The notes beneath the pieces are model-generated. The model was given only the letters and a program-made list of their open reading frames with translations. It had not been told where the DNA came from and did not search any database. This document shows, piece after piece, positions 45,271 through 55,547 of a stretch of DNA of 64,000 nucleotides (its first letter is position 1; each line of letters opens with the position of its first letter). The DNA is from a virus. A program made the position numbers and the translations under genes. Where the stretch lies: positions 1 to 64,000 of IMG/VR virus record IMGVR_UViG_3300045988_157167; one strand, given 5' to 3'.

Positions 45271-45471
45271 CTATTCTTTTACATTTATTTGCTCCATAGA
45301 TACTCTAGCTGTTCTACCTTTGCCATTTCCTTTGTCCCAGCTTTCTCTTTCTATAAAAACAAATTCTTTTGTCTTTCTATCAACAGCTATGTATAATCCA
45401 GTTTCTTCTAATAGTCCTTTTAATACTGTGCATATCATTGTAACAGCACTTTCCATTTCTTCTTTATTCAT
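45271..45471 (-). CDS. hypothetical protein
   Basis: 66-aa ORF. Confidence 0.4.
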   Translation of the reverse strand: MNKEEMESAVTMICTVLKGLLEETGLYIAVDRKTKEFVFIERESWDKGNGKGRTARVSMEQINVKE

Positions 45472-45689
45472 ATTTCCTCCTTGTATTCAACAATTTTAGT
45501 ATTTTGTCTTAGATTTAAACATCTTTTTTCAGCATCTTCTATCAATCTGTCTTTATACTTTTCTGCACATTCTAAACTGCAAGTTTGTTTTAAAAATTTT
45601 TCTCCAGGAATGTCAATCGTATAATGTTTTTGCTCTCTACAGTCGTAAACTTTCCCACAAAATTCACATTTATATGTATAATCGTCCAT
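45468..45689 (-). CDS. zinc-finger-like small protein
   Basis: CEFCGK...CSLEC pattern. Confidence 0.4.
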   Translation of the reverse strand: MDDYTYKCEFCGKVYDCREQKHYTIDIPGEKFLKQTCSLECAEKYKDRLIEDAEKRCLNLRQNTKIVEYKEEI

Positions 45690-45709
45690 ACTAACCTCCT
45701 ATATAAAAC

Positions 45710-46651
45710 TTAATTTGCCATCATTCTTTTTATATAATCTTCCATAGTTATCTCATTCGCTCTTTCTTCAACTTTTTTAGCAGCATTTTCACAGTTTAAT
45801 TTAGCTTGTTTGAAATAGCTATCTTTTAATTCTATACCTACGCCTTTTCTATTCATTAATAGTGCTTGATATATACTAGAACCTATACCAGCAAATGGAT
45901 CTAGAACTATATCCCCTGGATTGCTCCATAATTCTATACCTCTTTGTATTACATCTAATTGTAAAGGGCATATATGTCTTTCGTCTTTTTCATCTCTTGC
46001 CGAATTTCTTTGTAGTGTATTTGATTGTTTTATATCCATCCATACTGGTGATGCATAATTTTGCCACAAATCAACTGGGAAGCTTTCATTTGTATGTGTT
46101 ATTCTTTCAAGGTTTTCTCCTGGTTTTCTCATAGTTATTAAATAATCTGGAATACCTTGTCTACACATTGAGCTATCTTTTTTTATTTGTTTATGAAGTA
46201 ATCCTAGTGCTTTTGTTCTTTGCATTTCCGTTACAGGATTTTTCCATATACAAACTTCTGAATGAAATATAAATCCAGCATCCACAAATAATTTTATAAG
46301 TTCCCCTCTAAAATCTTTTAATCCAATTACACCATCTTTAGATTTCATCATAGGTAAATTCATACAATGAAAACTTATTAATCTACCTGGTTTTATAACT
46401 CTGTATAATTCAGATACTAAAAATTCAAATTGTTTATAAAATTGTTCGTCTTTGCTGCAATTTCCCATATCTCTATCTGAATTAGAATAAGTATATAAAC
46501 TTGCAAATGGCGGACTAAATATACTGTAATGTATGCTGTTATCTGGAATGCCTTTTAATACTTCCACACAATCTCCTTGATATAATGCATAGTTTTCTTT
46601 TGTAATTTGGTCTATAACCTTCATCTCAAACCCCTCCTTTATGCTATCCAA
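45710..46651 (-). CDS. DNA methyltransferase (N6-adenine/N4-cytosine type)
   Basis: Catalytic motif IFSPPFASLY and AdoMet motif VLDPFAGIGSS in beta-class order. Confidence 0.8.
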   Translation of the reverse strand: MDSIKEGFEMKVIDQITKENYALYQGDCVEVLKGIPDNSIHYSIFSPPFASLYTYSNSDRDMGNCSKDEQFYKQFEFLVSELYRVIKPGRLISFHCMNLPMMKSKDGVIGLKDFRGELIKLFVDAGFIFHSEVCIWKNPVTEMQRTKALGLLHKQIKKDSSMCRQGIPDYLITMRKPGENLERITHTNESFPVDLWQNYASPVWMDIKQSNTLQRNSARDEKDERHICPLQLDVIQRGIELWSNPGDIVLDPFAGIGSSIYQALLMNRKGVGIELKDSYFKQAKLNCENAAKKVEERANEITMEDYIKRMMAN

Positions 46652-47997
46652 CTTGGAATCTCCATTTCAATTTTAGGATTGTATTCAGTTGTTATCCTTG
46701 TTGTTTGTTTTAATTCTTTAGATGTGATATCTTTAGTTAGCTTAATCATTGCCTTTTGCATTTTCTCTGCATCTTGCTGTTTTCTCTCGATATTTTCTTT
46801 TACTGTACCTTCTTTTGAACTTATTATGATATATATGTTTACTTCCTTGTCTTGTCCGAATCTCCAGCATCTTCTAATAGCTTGATAATATGCTTCATAG
46901 CTATCTGATAATCCAACAAATATCATATTTCTGCAATTTTGCCAGTTCATTCCGAATCCTGCGATTGACGGTTTAGTAACTAGGCATTTGATTTTATCAT
47001 CTGAAAAATCTAACATAGCTGTACTTTTATGTTTTTGTTTATCTGATCCTTTTACTTCAACACTATCATTTATAAGTTGATGTAATTTTTTACTTTCATC
47101 ATTTAAATCACACCATACCAGGAAAGTTTCTTCCGAATTATTAACTATATCTGCTGCAACTTGGCATCTAACATCTAAACTTTCTTTTCTTGCATTTCTT
47201 CTTTGAGTTAGTGTTAATTTTTCAGTTGTTATTGGTAATCCATCAGCAACTATTTGATTTATATTTAATTTTGGTAAGTCATATCCTTCTATGTTATAGC
47301 CTAAATTATTTGGATTATCTATAAATACTGACCAACTAGCCATCCATTGCCAGTAATTATTCTCTGCATGTCCTTTTAATCTCCATTTAGATGTTTGACC
47401 TCCGTCATGTACAAAGTACATAGATAGCATTTCCGCTCTTGTCATAACTCCTAAAAACTCTGAATGATTTCCTAATTCCATATAGTCATTTGGCGCTGGT
47501 GTTGCTGTACATGCTAGTTTATAAGGTGTTTTTCTAAAGTTCTCTATTATCTGATTTCTTACTTTGCCTGTAAAACTTTTTAATATCGAACTTTCATCTA
47601 ATACTATTCCAATAAATTCATTTGCTACAAATTTTTCTAATTTTTCATAGTTTGTTATATTTATACCTTCTTTTACATCATCTTGATTTTCGCATATATT
47701 AACAGGTATATGGAATTTTTCTCCTTCTCTTTGAGTTTGTGTAGCTACTGCTAATGGTGCTAATATTAATATTTTTCCACCTTCATGTTTGTATATTTGA
47801 TTTGCCCATTCCAGTTGCATTGGAGTTTTCCCTAATCCACAATCTGCAAATACTGCTGCTCTTCCTTTTTTTAATGCCCATCTAACAATATCCTTTTGAA
47901 AATCAAATAGCATTGGATTTAAATTTTCTTTTTCTATATCAAATCCATAATTTTTCATTTGTTTATTCTTAGAATTAATAAAATCTTTATACTCCAT
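46639..47997 (-). CDS. SNF2/DEAD-like helicase
   Basis: Motif I DCGLGKT, motif II VLDESS, C-terminal RCWRFGQ. Confidence 0.8.
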   Translation of the reverse strand: MEYKDFINSKNKQMKNYGFDIEKENLNPMLFDFQKDIVRWALKKGRAAVFADCGLGKTPMQLEWANQIYKHEGGKILILAPLAVATQTQREGEKFHIPVNICENQDDVKEGINITNYEKLEKFVANEFIGIVLDESSILKSFTGKVRNQIIENFRKTPYKLACTATPAPNDYMELGNHSEFLGVMTRAEMLSMYFVHDGGQTSKWRLKGHAENNYWQWMASWSVFIDNPNNLGYNIEGYDLPKLNINQIVADGLPITTEKLTLTQRRNARKESLDVRCQVAADIVNNSEETFLVWCDLNDESKKLHQLINDSVEVKGSDKQKHKSTAMLDFSDDKIKCLVTKPSIAGFGMNWQNCRNMIFVGLSDSYEAYYQAIRRCWRFGQDKEVNIYIIISSKEGTVKENIERKQQDAEKMQKAMIKLTKDITSKELKQTTRITTEYNPKIEMEIPSWIA

Positions 47998-48005
47998 ATT
48001 CCCTC

Positions 48006-48530
48006 CTAAAAAAATGTCAGTTGTTCATAATTAACTTGTTTTATTTCTTCTTGTTTGAATTCGTATTTTAGTCTTTCCCTTTCTAGATCTTCAAATTTAC
48101 TTTGGTCTCCACATGCTTTATGAAAGCATTCATCACATAACCATATACAATCTGCTTCATCACTTCGTATATTTGCTTTATGTCCTTCTTGATTGATTTC
48201 TTTTGCACAGTTGTAACATTTAATAACAAGTAACTTTTCTTGTCTCAATTCTTCATCGTTATAATTAATTTTTCTTTCTTCATTTGGCCAATCTACTCTA
48301 TTGCAAGCATAAACACATAAATTAGATTTTTCACATCCATAGCAACAAGCATTTGTACACATTTTCTCTTGTTGAATAATTGCTATCAACTCTTGTCTTC
48401 TTATTTCATTTTCTTCTTTTATGCCCTCTATCGCTTCTTCTATCTCTGCCATGATTAATTCTTTTACTCCGTCCATACGTTCACAGCCAAATGGTGTCAT
48501 GTTGCCACATTCAAATTCCATTTTATTCAC
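48006..48530 (-). CDS. Cys-rich hypothetical protein
   Basis: 174 aa with many CxxC pairs. Confidence 0.5.
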   Translation of the reverse strand: MNKMEFECGNMTPFGCERMDGVKELIMAEIEEAIEGIKEENEIRRQELIAIIQQEKMCTNACCYGCEKSNLCVYACNRVDWPNEERKINYNDEELRQEKLLVIKCYNCAKEINQEGHKANIRSDEADCIWLCDECFHKACGDQSKFEDLERERLKYEFKQEEIKQVNYEQLTFF

Positions 48531-48891
48531 CTTGTTTATCTTCCAATTCTTTTGCTAATCTAAACATTGAAAATATCTTGCTTGATTTTGGTATGTATTT
48601 ATATCCATCTATTTCGCAAGTATTACCATTTACACATTTCATTCCTTTTGCAACTCCGAATAACTTGCAAATAACTGGTCTAACTTTGTATATCAAACAT
48701 TTTTTATTTTCTTCATCTCTAAAATAACAAGTGTTATCTAAACGAAAAAATGGTTTTATATTATTCTTTATGCAATAATCCTTGATAGTTTTATATTCTC
48801 TTTCTCCCATTAAAACTGGACCACAACATTTGCCACAATTAGTGCAATTAGTGTGTTTCGGTATATACTCAACATTCTTTATATTATTCAT
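48523..48891 (-). CDS. YkgJ-like CxxCxxCC cysteine-cluster protein
   Basis: CTNCGKCCGP ... CYFRDEENKKCLIYKVRPVICKLFG. Confidence 0.6.
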   Translation of the reverse strand: MNNIKNVEYIPKHTNCTNCGKCCGPVLMGEREYKTIKDYCIKNNIKPFFRLDNTCYFRDEENKKCLIYKVRPVICKLFGVAKGMKCVNGNTCEIDGYKYIPKSSKIFSMFRLAKELEDKQGE

Positions 48892-48902
48892 TTTATTTCT
48901 CC

Positions 48903-49112
48903 CTATTTTAATCTTAGTTCAAATAAAAATGTATCGTAATTGTCTAATTCATCATCTGTCATACTGTCTAAATCTCTGTGTTCTATTTCAAATTCATCCT
49001 CTAGCATTTCTATCCATTGTCTAAAAGTTAAATCATGATTTGCTTCTATTTCGTAATCTTTTATTTTTTTATCTAATAGTTTCTTTGTTAATTTCATTTT
49101 ATTTTTCCTCAT
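48903..49112 (-). CDS. hypothetical acidic protein
   Basis: 69-aa ORF. Confidence 0.4.
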   Translation of the reverse strand: MRKNKMKLTKKLLDKKIKDYEIEANHDLTFRQWIEMLEDEFEIEHRDLDSMTDDELDNYDTFLFELRLK

Positions 49113-50103
49113 AAAAAGTTATATTTTTTAATACTATGTCGAATGTTCCTTTTTCGTTTTTTCTAAAGCTGTATTTCATTGGATCTTCAAAATCTGTTAA
49201 CTTTCCTTTTATACTAAAGCCAGTATCAGTTTTTATATTTCTGTTTTTAAGTTTCTTTTCAATCCATTTCTTGTCTATTTCAAAGTTTTCAGTTAAACCT
49301 CTATCTTCCATTTGCTCGTTAAAGTTTTCTTGTAATTCTTTGTCTTGAATACTATTTTCAGCAAATTTTTTAACATCTAGAGTTTCTTTTTCTTTTAAAG
49401 TATAATTAAGCATACTTCTTATATCTTCGGCCATTTTCAAATCTTCTGATATTGCATTTGTTATCCAGTTATCTGCAGTTTTCTTAAATACTTTTGTTTT
49501 ATATTTATCATCTTCTATCTTTTCAGCATTTAGAAACTCTGTTAAAAATTTAGTTTCTAGTTGGTCCTTTTCTGCATCTTTGTCTAATAATCTAAAGTGA
49601 TAATAATCATTCACTCCATTAGGTCCAACTATTACACATTGCTTTTGTCGGCCTGTTTCAGGTATACCTATCTCATTTGATGCGATTTGTATGTTAAATT
49701 TATCTTCTACATATTCTATTGAATGAGTATAAAGTTTTTTATAATCAAGTTTTATAATTGCTACATTTTTTTCATCTTTAACACTGTATAAACATATTGC
49801 TAAATCACAAGAATCTATTTCATTATTTCGTTGCATTACTTCAAATAAATATGCTGCTATCTCTTTTGAGTTTTGTAAGAATGTCTTTTCATCGTAAATT
49901 ATTTGTTCACAGCAATTTTTTACGATATTATCGTTGTAATCTTTGAATTTTGCTTTTCTTAGATCATCATCTTTTAAAACTCTAGTTATTATCTTTTGAA
50001 AAAACTTATCTACTTCTAAACTATTTTTACATTCATAGTCATTTAATATTGGAGCATCACTATTTGTATCTAGTACATGTATTATTGATTTATGTATTAT
50101 CAT
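49099..50103 (-). CDS. nucleoid-associated protein (NdpA/YejK-like)
   Basis: The N-terminus MIIHKSIIHVLDTNSDAPILNDYE and the 334-aa size resemble the 37-kDa nucleoid-associated family. Assigned from motif memory only. Confidence 0.45.
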   Translation of the reverse strand: MIIHKSIIHVLDTNSDAPILNDYECKNSLEVDKFFQKIITRVLKDDDLRKAKFKDYNDNIVKNCCEQIIYDEKTFLQNSKEIAAYLFEVMQRNNEIDSCDLAICLYSVKDEKNVAIIKLDYKKLYTHSIEYVEDKFNIQIASNEIGIPETGRQKQCVIVGPNGVNDYYHFRLLDKDAEKDQLETKFLTEFLNAEKIEDDKYKTKVFKKTADNWITNAISEDLKMAEDIRSMLNYTLKEKETLDVKKFAENSIQDKELQENFNEQMEDRGLTENFEIDKKWIEKKLKNRNIKTDTGFSIKGKLTDFEDPMKYSFRKNEKGTFDIVLKNITFYEEK

Positions 50104-50573
50104 TTTTCTTCCCCTTTCAATGCATCTTGGCCAAATAAGGCTACTGCCATTTTTTCGATTATTTTCTTTTTAATGTAATGTACATTTGCTATTGTACAAT
50201 CAAACTCCTCGGCAATATCTTTAAGAGTTTTTTCTTCAAAGTAAATATATTTAAATATCTTTCTTTGTTTTTCACTCATGCTTTTAAACACTTCTGATAT
50301 CACCTTTCTGTTTTTTTTATGTTCAAATATATCTCCCTCAACTTTTGCAATTAAATCATCTATTCTTATAACTTCATTTTCTATAGGTCTATTAATTGCA
50401 TGAGTTGGAGAAGATTTAACCATATCATTACAAACTGCCTTTATCGCCCCCCTATCTCCGTCCTTTATCTTTTTTATATGTTCTTCCTTTTGCTGTATAT
50501 AGATAGTTATAAATTTCATGTTTTTTAAAATCATTTCTGTTTCTTCCATAACATCTTTATTCAAACATTCCAC
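50100..50573 (-). CDS. sigma-70 region-4-like transcription factor (candidate late regulator)
   Basis: The C-terminal MSEKQRKIFKYIYFEEKTLKDIAEEFDCTIANVHYIKKKIIEKM has a region-4 HTH pattern. Confidence 0.55.
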   Translation of the reverse strand: MECLNKDVMEETEMILKNMKFITIYIQQKEEHIKKIKDGDRGAIKAVCNDMVKSSPTHAINRPIENEVIRIDDLIAKVEGDIFEHKKNRKVISEVFKSMSEKQRKIFKYIYFEEKTLKDIAEEFDCTIANVHYIKKKIIEKMAVALFGQDALKGEEK

Positions 50574-50616
50574 CTCATTATTTTTATTTTGTAGATAAAA
50601 TAATTTTCTTGAATGT

Positions 50617-51021
50617 TTATATCATTTTCTTGAACTCCCAACCTCTTTCGATTAACTTTGCCATATGTTTTATTCGACCTTCTTCTAAGAGATTGATTAA
50701 TCCTATTTTGTCTAAAAGACCTAAAGATGCTTGAATCATATCAAAGAATTCTTCGATTATATGTTCTTTTTCTTCATTTGTTCCACTTTCTGCTTCGAAT
50801 TTTGCTACCGCTCCAATAAATTCAGCTTGTTCTTCTGTTACTTTCATCATTTGTTCTATAGTAGAAAGATGATTTTCAGCTAGAAGAGGCATTATATATT
50901 TGTTGTATTCTATTTTTTTGTACTCTTCTTTATAACACTCATCGCATATTCCAAAGAAGTCTCCAACAGTTTGAGGATCTTCATATTCTCTATTGCATTC
51001 TTTGCACTTCTTCATAATCAA
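50617..51021 (-). CDS. MazG-like domain protein with N-terminal zinc ribbon
   Basis: CKECN...CDEC followed by EEQAEFIGAV ... IEEFFDMIQA acidic helices. Confidence 0.5.
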   Translation of the reverse strand: MIMKKCKECNREYEDPQTVGDFFGICDECYKEEYKKIEYNKYIMPLLAENHLSTIEQMMKVTEEQAEFIGAVAKFEAESGTNEEKEHIIEEFFDMIQASLGLLDKIGLINLLEEGRIKHMAKLIERGWEFKKMI

Positions 51022-51265
51022 CCTCCCAGTCTAAAAAGTAATTTAAACAATCTTTGCAACTTTTAAATTTTGTACAATTTTTTATATAAAAATCACTTTT
51101 ACATAAGTCTATTTGTATTAAATCAGTTATAACATCACAAGAGCTTTTTAAGTTTTCAACTAAATATTTAAATACCTGGTCTTTATCACTCTCTATTCTG
51201 CCTTTACTCATAAGAGCTACGTATTGAAAAACTTTCACTTTATCACCATCCTCTAACTCCAGCAT
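50990..51265 (-). CDS. hypothetical protein
   Basis: 91-aa ORF. Confidence 0.4.
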   Translation of the reverse strand: MLELEDGDKVKVFQYVALMSKGRIESDKDQVFKYLVENLKSSCDVITDLIQIDLCKSDFYIKNCTKFKSCKDCLNYFLDWEVDYEEVQRMQ

Positions 51266-51632
51266 ATTGAACTTCTTTCGTCTTTAACTCTTTTAAATAT
51301 GCATCTAGCTCATTTGGATTAAGTTTATAAACTTTAATTGTATTTCCATTAGTTTTTTCTAATTTTTGTACTTTTGGTACAAATGCATTTTTAATATTTT
51401 TACTTGTTCTTAAGCATCCACAACTTTTTACTTTCTTTTTTAGTAAACTGGATCTAACTACTAATTTTTCATTTCCACACTCACATTTACATAAGTAATA
51501 ATCGTATTTTATTTTTCCTGTATTTCTTTTTCCAGCATACTCTACAACTGTAAGCTTTCCTATTTTCTTTCCTACTAAATCTTGTTTGTCAACTTTTCCA
51601 AAAGGTCTTCCCATTATATTAACCCCCTTCAA
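51243..51632 (-). CDS. hypothetical basic protein
   Basis: 129-aa ORF with a CKCECG...CGC pattern. Confidence 0.45.
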   Translation of the reverse strand: MKGVNIMGRPFGKVDKQDLVGKKIGKLTVVEYAGKRNTGKIKYDYYLCKCECGNEKLVVRSSLLKKKVKSCGCLRTSKNIKNAFVPKVQKLEKTNGNTIKVYKLNPNELDAYLKELKTKEVQYAGVRGW

Positions 51633-51639
51633 GATTTTA

Positions 51640-51789
51640 CTATTTTTTATTTTCTATTTTCTTTATATATTTTTTTACAAAGGAAATAGGTCTGTTTATG
51701 TTGTAAGCTATTTCTAATGCACTATAACCTTTTTTATACAATCTTTTTAACTTTCTTATTTCTAAATCAGTTGCTATTTTGCCTCCCAT
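51640..51789 (-). CDS. small HTH protein, 49 aa
   Basis: Own reading: AAGGTG RBS then ATG at 51789. Product is MGGKIATDLEIRKLKRLYKKGYSALEIAYNINRPISFVKKYIKKIENKK-stop. Confidence 0.4.
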   Translation of the reverse strand: MGGKIATDLEIRKLKRLYKKGYSALEIAYNINRPISFVKKYIKKIENKK

Positions 51790-51845
51790 ATTCATCACCT
51801 TTTCATAGCCCCAGGAGGTTTTACGCCTCCTAGGATATTTATTAG

Positions 51846-52013
51846 TTAATTTTCTTCTTTTAAAGGTATAATTCTTATTTCTTTTAAAATTGAATCATAC
51901 TCTACTGTCAGAAAAGTTTCTCTATTTATGTGTAACAATCTTCTTAATTCTGCAGGTATAGATACTCTTCCTAATTTATCTATCTTTCTTATATTTCCTA
52001 CTCTTTCTTTCAT
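51846..52013 (-). CDS. AbrB/SpoVT-like DNA-binding protein, 55 aa
   Basis: Own reading: AAGGAG RBS. Product is MKERVGNIRKIDKLGRVSIPAELRRLLHINRETFLTVEYDSILKEIRIIPLKEEN-stop; the DKLGRVSIPAELRR motif is typical. Confidence 0.6.
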   Translation of the reverse strand: MKERVGNIRKIDKLGRVSIPAELRRLLHINRETFLTVEYDSILKEIRIIPLKEEN

Positions 52014-52015
52014 AG

Positions 52016-52318
52016 TTACTCCTTGTCTTTTAATAACTCTGCAAGCTTTTCTATTGCACCTTTTAAAGCTTCTTCTATGTTTGTTTCTTCTGTTTCAGTA
52101 TGTGATTTGATTTTTATATCTTTACTTCTTAGTTGTATTATTTTTTCTATTGATGTAGTTAAGATGTTTAATAATTTTGTTTCACTTATATCACATTCAT
52201 CTGCCATTCCTTTTAGAGCTCCATAGTTTAAATATGCTAGTTCAGTCAACATTTCTGCTCTGTCTTCACCTTTTATGTTTACCTCTACTTTTCCATTATT
52301 TACGATTGCTTTTATCAT
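52016..52318 (-). CDS. hypothetical protein
   Basis: 100-aa ORF downstream of the MBL gene. Confidence 0.5.
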   Translation of the reverse strand: MIKAIVNNGKVEVNIKGEDRAEMLTELAYLNYGALKGMADECDISETKLLNILTTSIEKIIQLRSKDIKIKSHTETEETNIEEALKGAIEKLAELLKDKE

Positions 52319-52328
52319 CTTTTACCCC

Positions 52329-53042
52329 CTAAAATATAATTTCTGTGCTTTTTTCTGCTATTAAAACAGGTATTCCAGTAGCTTCTTCTACCTTTTCTTT
52401 CATTATTTGACTATCTCCGTGTTTGTCACTTAAATGTAATAACATCAAATTTCTTGTCTTACTTAAATCACTAGCTTTTAGAAAGTCAATTACATTTTCA
52501 AGTTCAAAATGTGATTCTTTTATACGAACGCTTAAACTTGTTTCTATGCAATATTCTTCTAAATTTTCTTTGATATAGTTACATTCAACCAAGATACTAT
52601 TTACATTCTTGAAGTTGTATTCACAGTAGCAAGTATCAGTTATAAATAACAAAGTTCCTATGTCCTGATGTTTTATAAGAAATCCTAAAGGTTCTTCTGC
52701 ATCATGAATAACATCAAACGGTAAAATAGTAAAATTTCCTATTTGTTGCCTTTTGTTAGCTTTTACTATTTTAGTCCTATAGTTTTTTATGTTTAACTTT
52801 TCAAAAGTCCCCTTAGCTGAATATACATCTATTCCATTTTCTGTTAAGTCTTTAATTGATTTAGAGTGATCTTTATGTTCATGAGTAACTAAACATCCAA
52901 CAACTTTGTCAATTTTGTAATTAAGACCTTTTAAAATTTCTTTATATTTGATACCTGCTTCAATTATTAGAGTTTCATCAGGAGTAATAAGTAAATAGCA
53001 ATTACCCCTGCTCCCACTTGCTAAAACTTTTAAAACGGACAA
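52329..53042 (-). CDS. metallo-beta-lactamase fold hydrolase/nuclease
   Basis: HxHxDH motif VTHEHKDH; located next to recT. Confidence 0.75.
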   Translation of the reverse strand: MSVLKVLASGSRGNCYLLITPDETLIIEAGIKYKEILKGLNYKIDKVVGCLVTHEHKDHSKSIKDLTENGIDVYSAKGTFEKLNIKNYRTKIVKANKRQQIGNFTILPFDVIHDAEEPLGFLIKHQDIGTLLFITDTCYCEYNFKNVNSILVECNYIKENLEEYCIETSLSVRIKESHFELENVIDFLKASDLSKTRNLMLLHLSDKHGDSQIMKEKVEEATGIPVLIAEKSTEIIF

Positions 53043-53941
53043 TCTTCTTCCTCTTGAGTTTCTTCTACAACTTCAGCATCTATTTTCGTATCTTCATCAA
53101 TTATTTCTGCTTCCATTTGCTCTACTTCATCTATATCTATTGTTTTTTTATTAGCTTTTTCTGTTATTTCACTTTCAAAAGCTTCATTTTGGAATGTCAC
53201 AACATCTTCATCATCTGAATAAGGGCTTCTATTAAATGCACTTGCAAATAACTCACTATCATCTGATGTATTTATATATAATTTACAAGCTCTATTTATA
53301 ACAGTTCTTTTAGCCATTTGATCTGGGAAATTTATATGTGAAGGACTTTTACCTTTTGTTGGTCCTTGCGCCCATGATGTTTTTATTTGTGGCATACTCA
53401 TATATTCCGTATGTAAAACCCCTTCTTCTCCTATAACAACAGCAAATGCTCCTATTATCTTTGAGTTATCTATATTTTTTAAATCAGGTTTATAATCTAT
53501 TACATTTATATTTCCATTTTTATACTCAAACTCAACTTCATCACCTTCATAGATACAATAAGCTTTCACATCTTTTATATATTTACTTCTTTTCGCTGCA
53601 GCTATAGTTCCCATATAGCTTTTAGTTAGTTGGAGTTTATTTCCATGTGGAATAAAGTAACATTGCTTTTTCGAAGGACTTAATCCTTGAATAATCATAT
53701 CTAAAAGAGAATTTGCTATACTTACTTTTGTACAAGTTTCTAATACACATCTTTTATTTTTATCTTTTGTTTCTTGTAAGATTAGATAAGCTGATTTTAA
53801 AGCGTTTTGTGCTGCATAATTCTCTGGTATTACTAATTCTTTACTTGCTTGTAACTCTCTTACCCTTTCTAAAACTTCGTCTGTAACAGTTTTAGGTTTT
53901 TCTGCAATATTTTGAGATTGTTTAATTATTTGATTTTTCAA
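53030..53941 (-). CDS. recT: RecT-family single-strand annealing protein
   Basis: The core VSIANSLLDMIIQGLSPSKKQCYFIPHGNKLQLTKSYMGTIAAAKR resembles the RecT family. Acidic C-terminal tail and TTG start. Confidence 0.8.
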   Translation of the reverse strand: MKNQIIKQSQNIAEKPKTVTDEVLERVRELQASKELVIPENYAAQNALKSAYLILQETKDKNKRCVLETCTKVSIANSLLDMIIQGLSPSKKQCYFIPHGNKLQLTKSYMGTIAAAKRSKYIKDVKAYCIYEGDEVEFEYKNGNINVIDYKPDLKNIDNSKIIGAFAVVIGEEGVLHTEYMSMPQIKTSWAQGPTKGKSPSHINFPDQMAKRTVINRACKLYINTSDDSELFASAFNRSPYSDDEDVVTFQNEAFESEITEKANKKTIDIDEVEQMEAEIIDEDTKIDAEVVEETQEEEDCPF

Positions 53942-54000
53942 TACTCGTCACTCTCCTAACTTTTTAGTGTTTAATTATGTTTAATTATAGACAAATGTGT

Positions 54001-55248
54001 TTATATCACACTATCTAACCAATAAATTTTATTATATTTCCAAAGTAATCTACATTTTCTTACATTGACTTTTTTGCAATGTTTTGTAGGACTTTGAAAA
54101 TTTAATGCGTTCAAATGTGGATATAATGCTGTAACATATCCTTTATGAGTTTCTCCATTTCTGTAAGTATATTCAACCAAATCTCTATGTTTAATTCCTA
54201 ATACATTATCTGTTTTTGCTTTTGATTTTCTACGCATCGGTTTAATCATCCATTCTTTTATATTGCAAGTATCTGGAAAACAATTTGTTATACAAATAGC
54301 ATCGTTTGAATGAGATTTTTCTATATTCCATTCAATTCTTTTATTTGCAGTATCTCCACCTGTTGTAAGATGTAATATTCCTAATTGTTTAATATTTTCT
54401 CTAAGATAATTTTTACCTTGCATGACATGCATTGCATAATCAAATCTTTTTGGCTTACTTTTTATTTTGGTGAAATATCTCTCTTCAAATTCTCGTTCTT
54501 TCCCTTCTGTCTTTTGATGACAAGAAGAACAAAGAGTAATGAGATTCCCAATAGTATTTGCTCCACCAAATCTCTTTGCTCGAATATGATGAACCTCAAG
54601 TACAGTATTTGTTTTTCCACATTCTTGACATTTACAACTATCTCTTAATATTGTCGCTTTTCTAAGATTTTCATCTAATCTATTATTCTTCTGATATTGC
54701 CAATTATAAGGTTTATATCCATCGGCCATTGCTCTTATATCTATTGCTACATCTTCAAGATAATATTCTTTAATATTTATCCATTTATTTAATTGATATA
54801 AAACTCTAAGAATAGAATCTTTCTTTTGTTTAATACTTGGCGCTAATCTATTAGTTTTTTTTGAAGATGCTCTATTATTGAATCTAGGTTTACGATATCT
54901 TTTATGATATCTACGGTATTGTCTATATCCTCTACGAACATCCATTAAGTGTTTTACATCTTGTCTTTGTTCAATAGTTCCTTTAAATACAACTTTATTT
55001 TTACTTGGACATTTTTGAACAATTGCTATTCCAACATGAGAACTACCATCGTCAATTCCACAAACCATATGACTTTCATCTTCGTCATCAGGTTCAACTT
55101 CTTTTTCTAACTGAATTACCATAGGATATTTACTTTTTAATTTTGCTCGACCTTTTCTAATCAAATACCAACCTTTATTTACTTTAGTTGGAGCTAAAGG
55201 TCTATTGTTTTTATCTACAACAAAACAATATTCAATTTTATTTTCCAT
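54001..55248 (-). CDS. iscB: IscB (OMEGA RNA-guided nuclease; RuvC split by HNH)
   Basis: PLMP-like N-terminus (NNRPLAPTK), Ruv[12 protein letters not shown], Arg-rich bridge [22 protein letters not shown], Ruv[20 protein letters not shown]...LEVHHI...[10 protein letters not shown], Ruv[14 protein letters not shown], and a C-terminal TID-like domain. Confidence 0.85.
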   Translation of the reverse strand: MENKIEYCFVVDKNNRPLAPTKVNKGWYLIRKGRAKLKSKYPMVIQLEKEVEPDDEDESHMVCGIDDGSSHVGIAIVQKCPSKNKVVFKGTIEQRQDVKHLMDVRRGYRQYRRYHKRYRKPRFNNRASSKKTNRLAPSIKQKKDSILRVLYQLNKWINIKEYYLEDVAIDIRAMADGYKPYNWQYQKNNRLDENLRKATILRDSCKCQECGKTNTVLEVHHIRAKRFGGANTIGNLITLCSSCHQKTEGKEREFEERYFTKIKSKPKRFDYAMHVMQGKNYLRENIKQLGILHLTTGGDTANKRIEWNIEKSHSNDAICITNCFPDTCNIKEWMIKPMRRKSKAKTDNVLGIKHRDLVEYTYRNGETHKGYVTALYPHLNALNFQSPTKHCKKVNVRKCRLLWKYNKIYWLDSVI

Positions 55249-55515
55249 CTCTGGACACCTTCCTTTCGGAGAATTTTTCGTCTTGGGAATGTCAAGTAGA
55301 GGATATGTGTTTCCCTGTTATCAATACAGGACATTAGCATTGTTTCTTGGTTAGCACTCACAGAGTTTCAGACTGACGATTACATCTAAAAGTGTGTGTT
55401 TACCTTACTACTCAACATAGTTCATATCTGCAATATATGTTTCCATAAAAGCAGTCACTAACCCTTGAAACCTCTTGTTAAGCCATATACAAAAGACTAA
55501 TGTGTCCACTTTTCT
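55249..55515 (-). ncRNA. candidate IscB omega-RNA (HEARO-type) scaffold
   Basis: ~270-nt ORF-free leader directly 5' of iscB. Long-range pairing UGGACAC (55508-55502) with GUGUCCA (55258-52) closes the region. Internal hairpins include CCUGU-AUUGAUA-ACAGG and UCC-GAAA-GGA. Confidence 0.65.
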
Positions 55516-55547
55516 ATATGTTTGACTATATATTTCTATGTATATAG

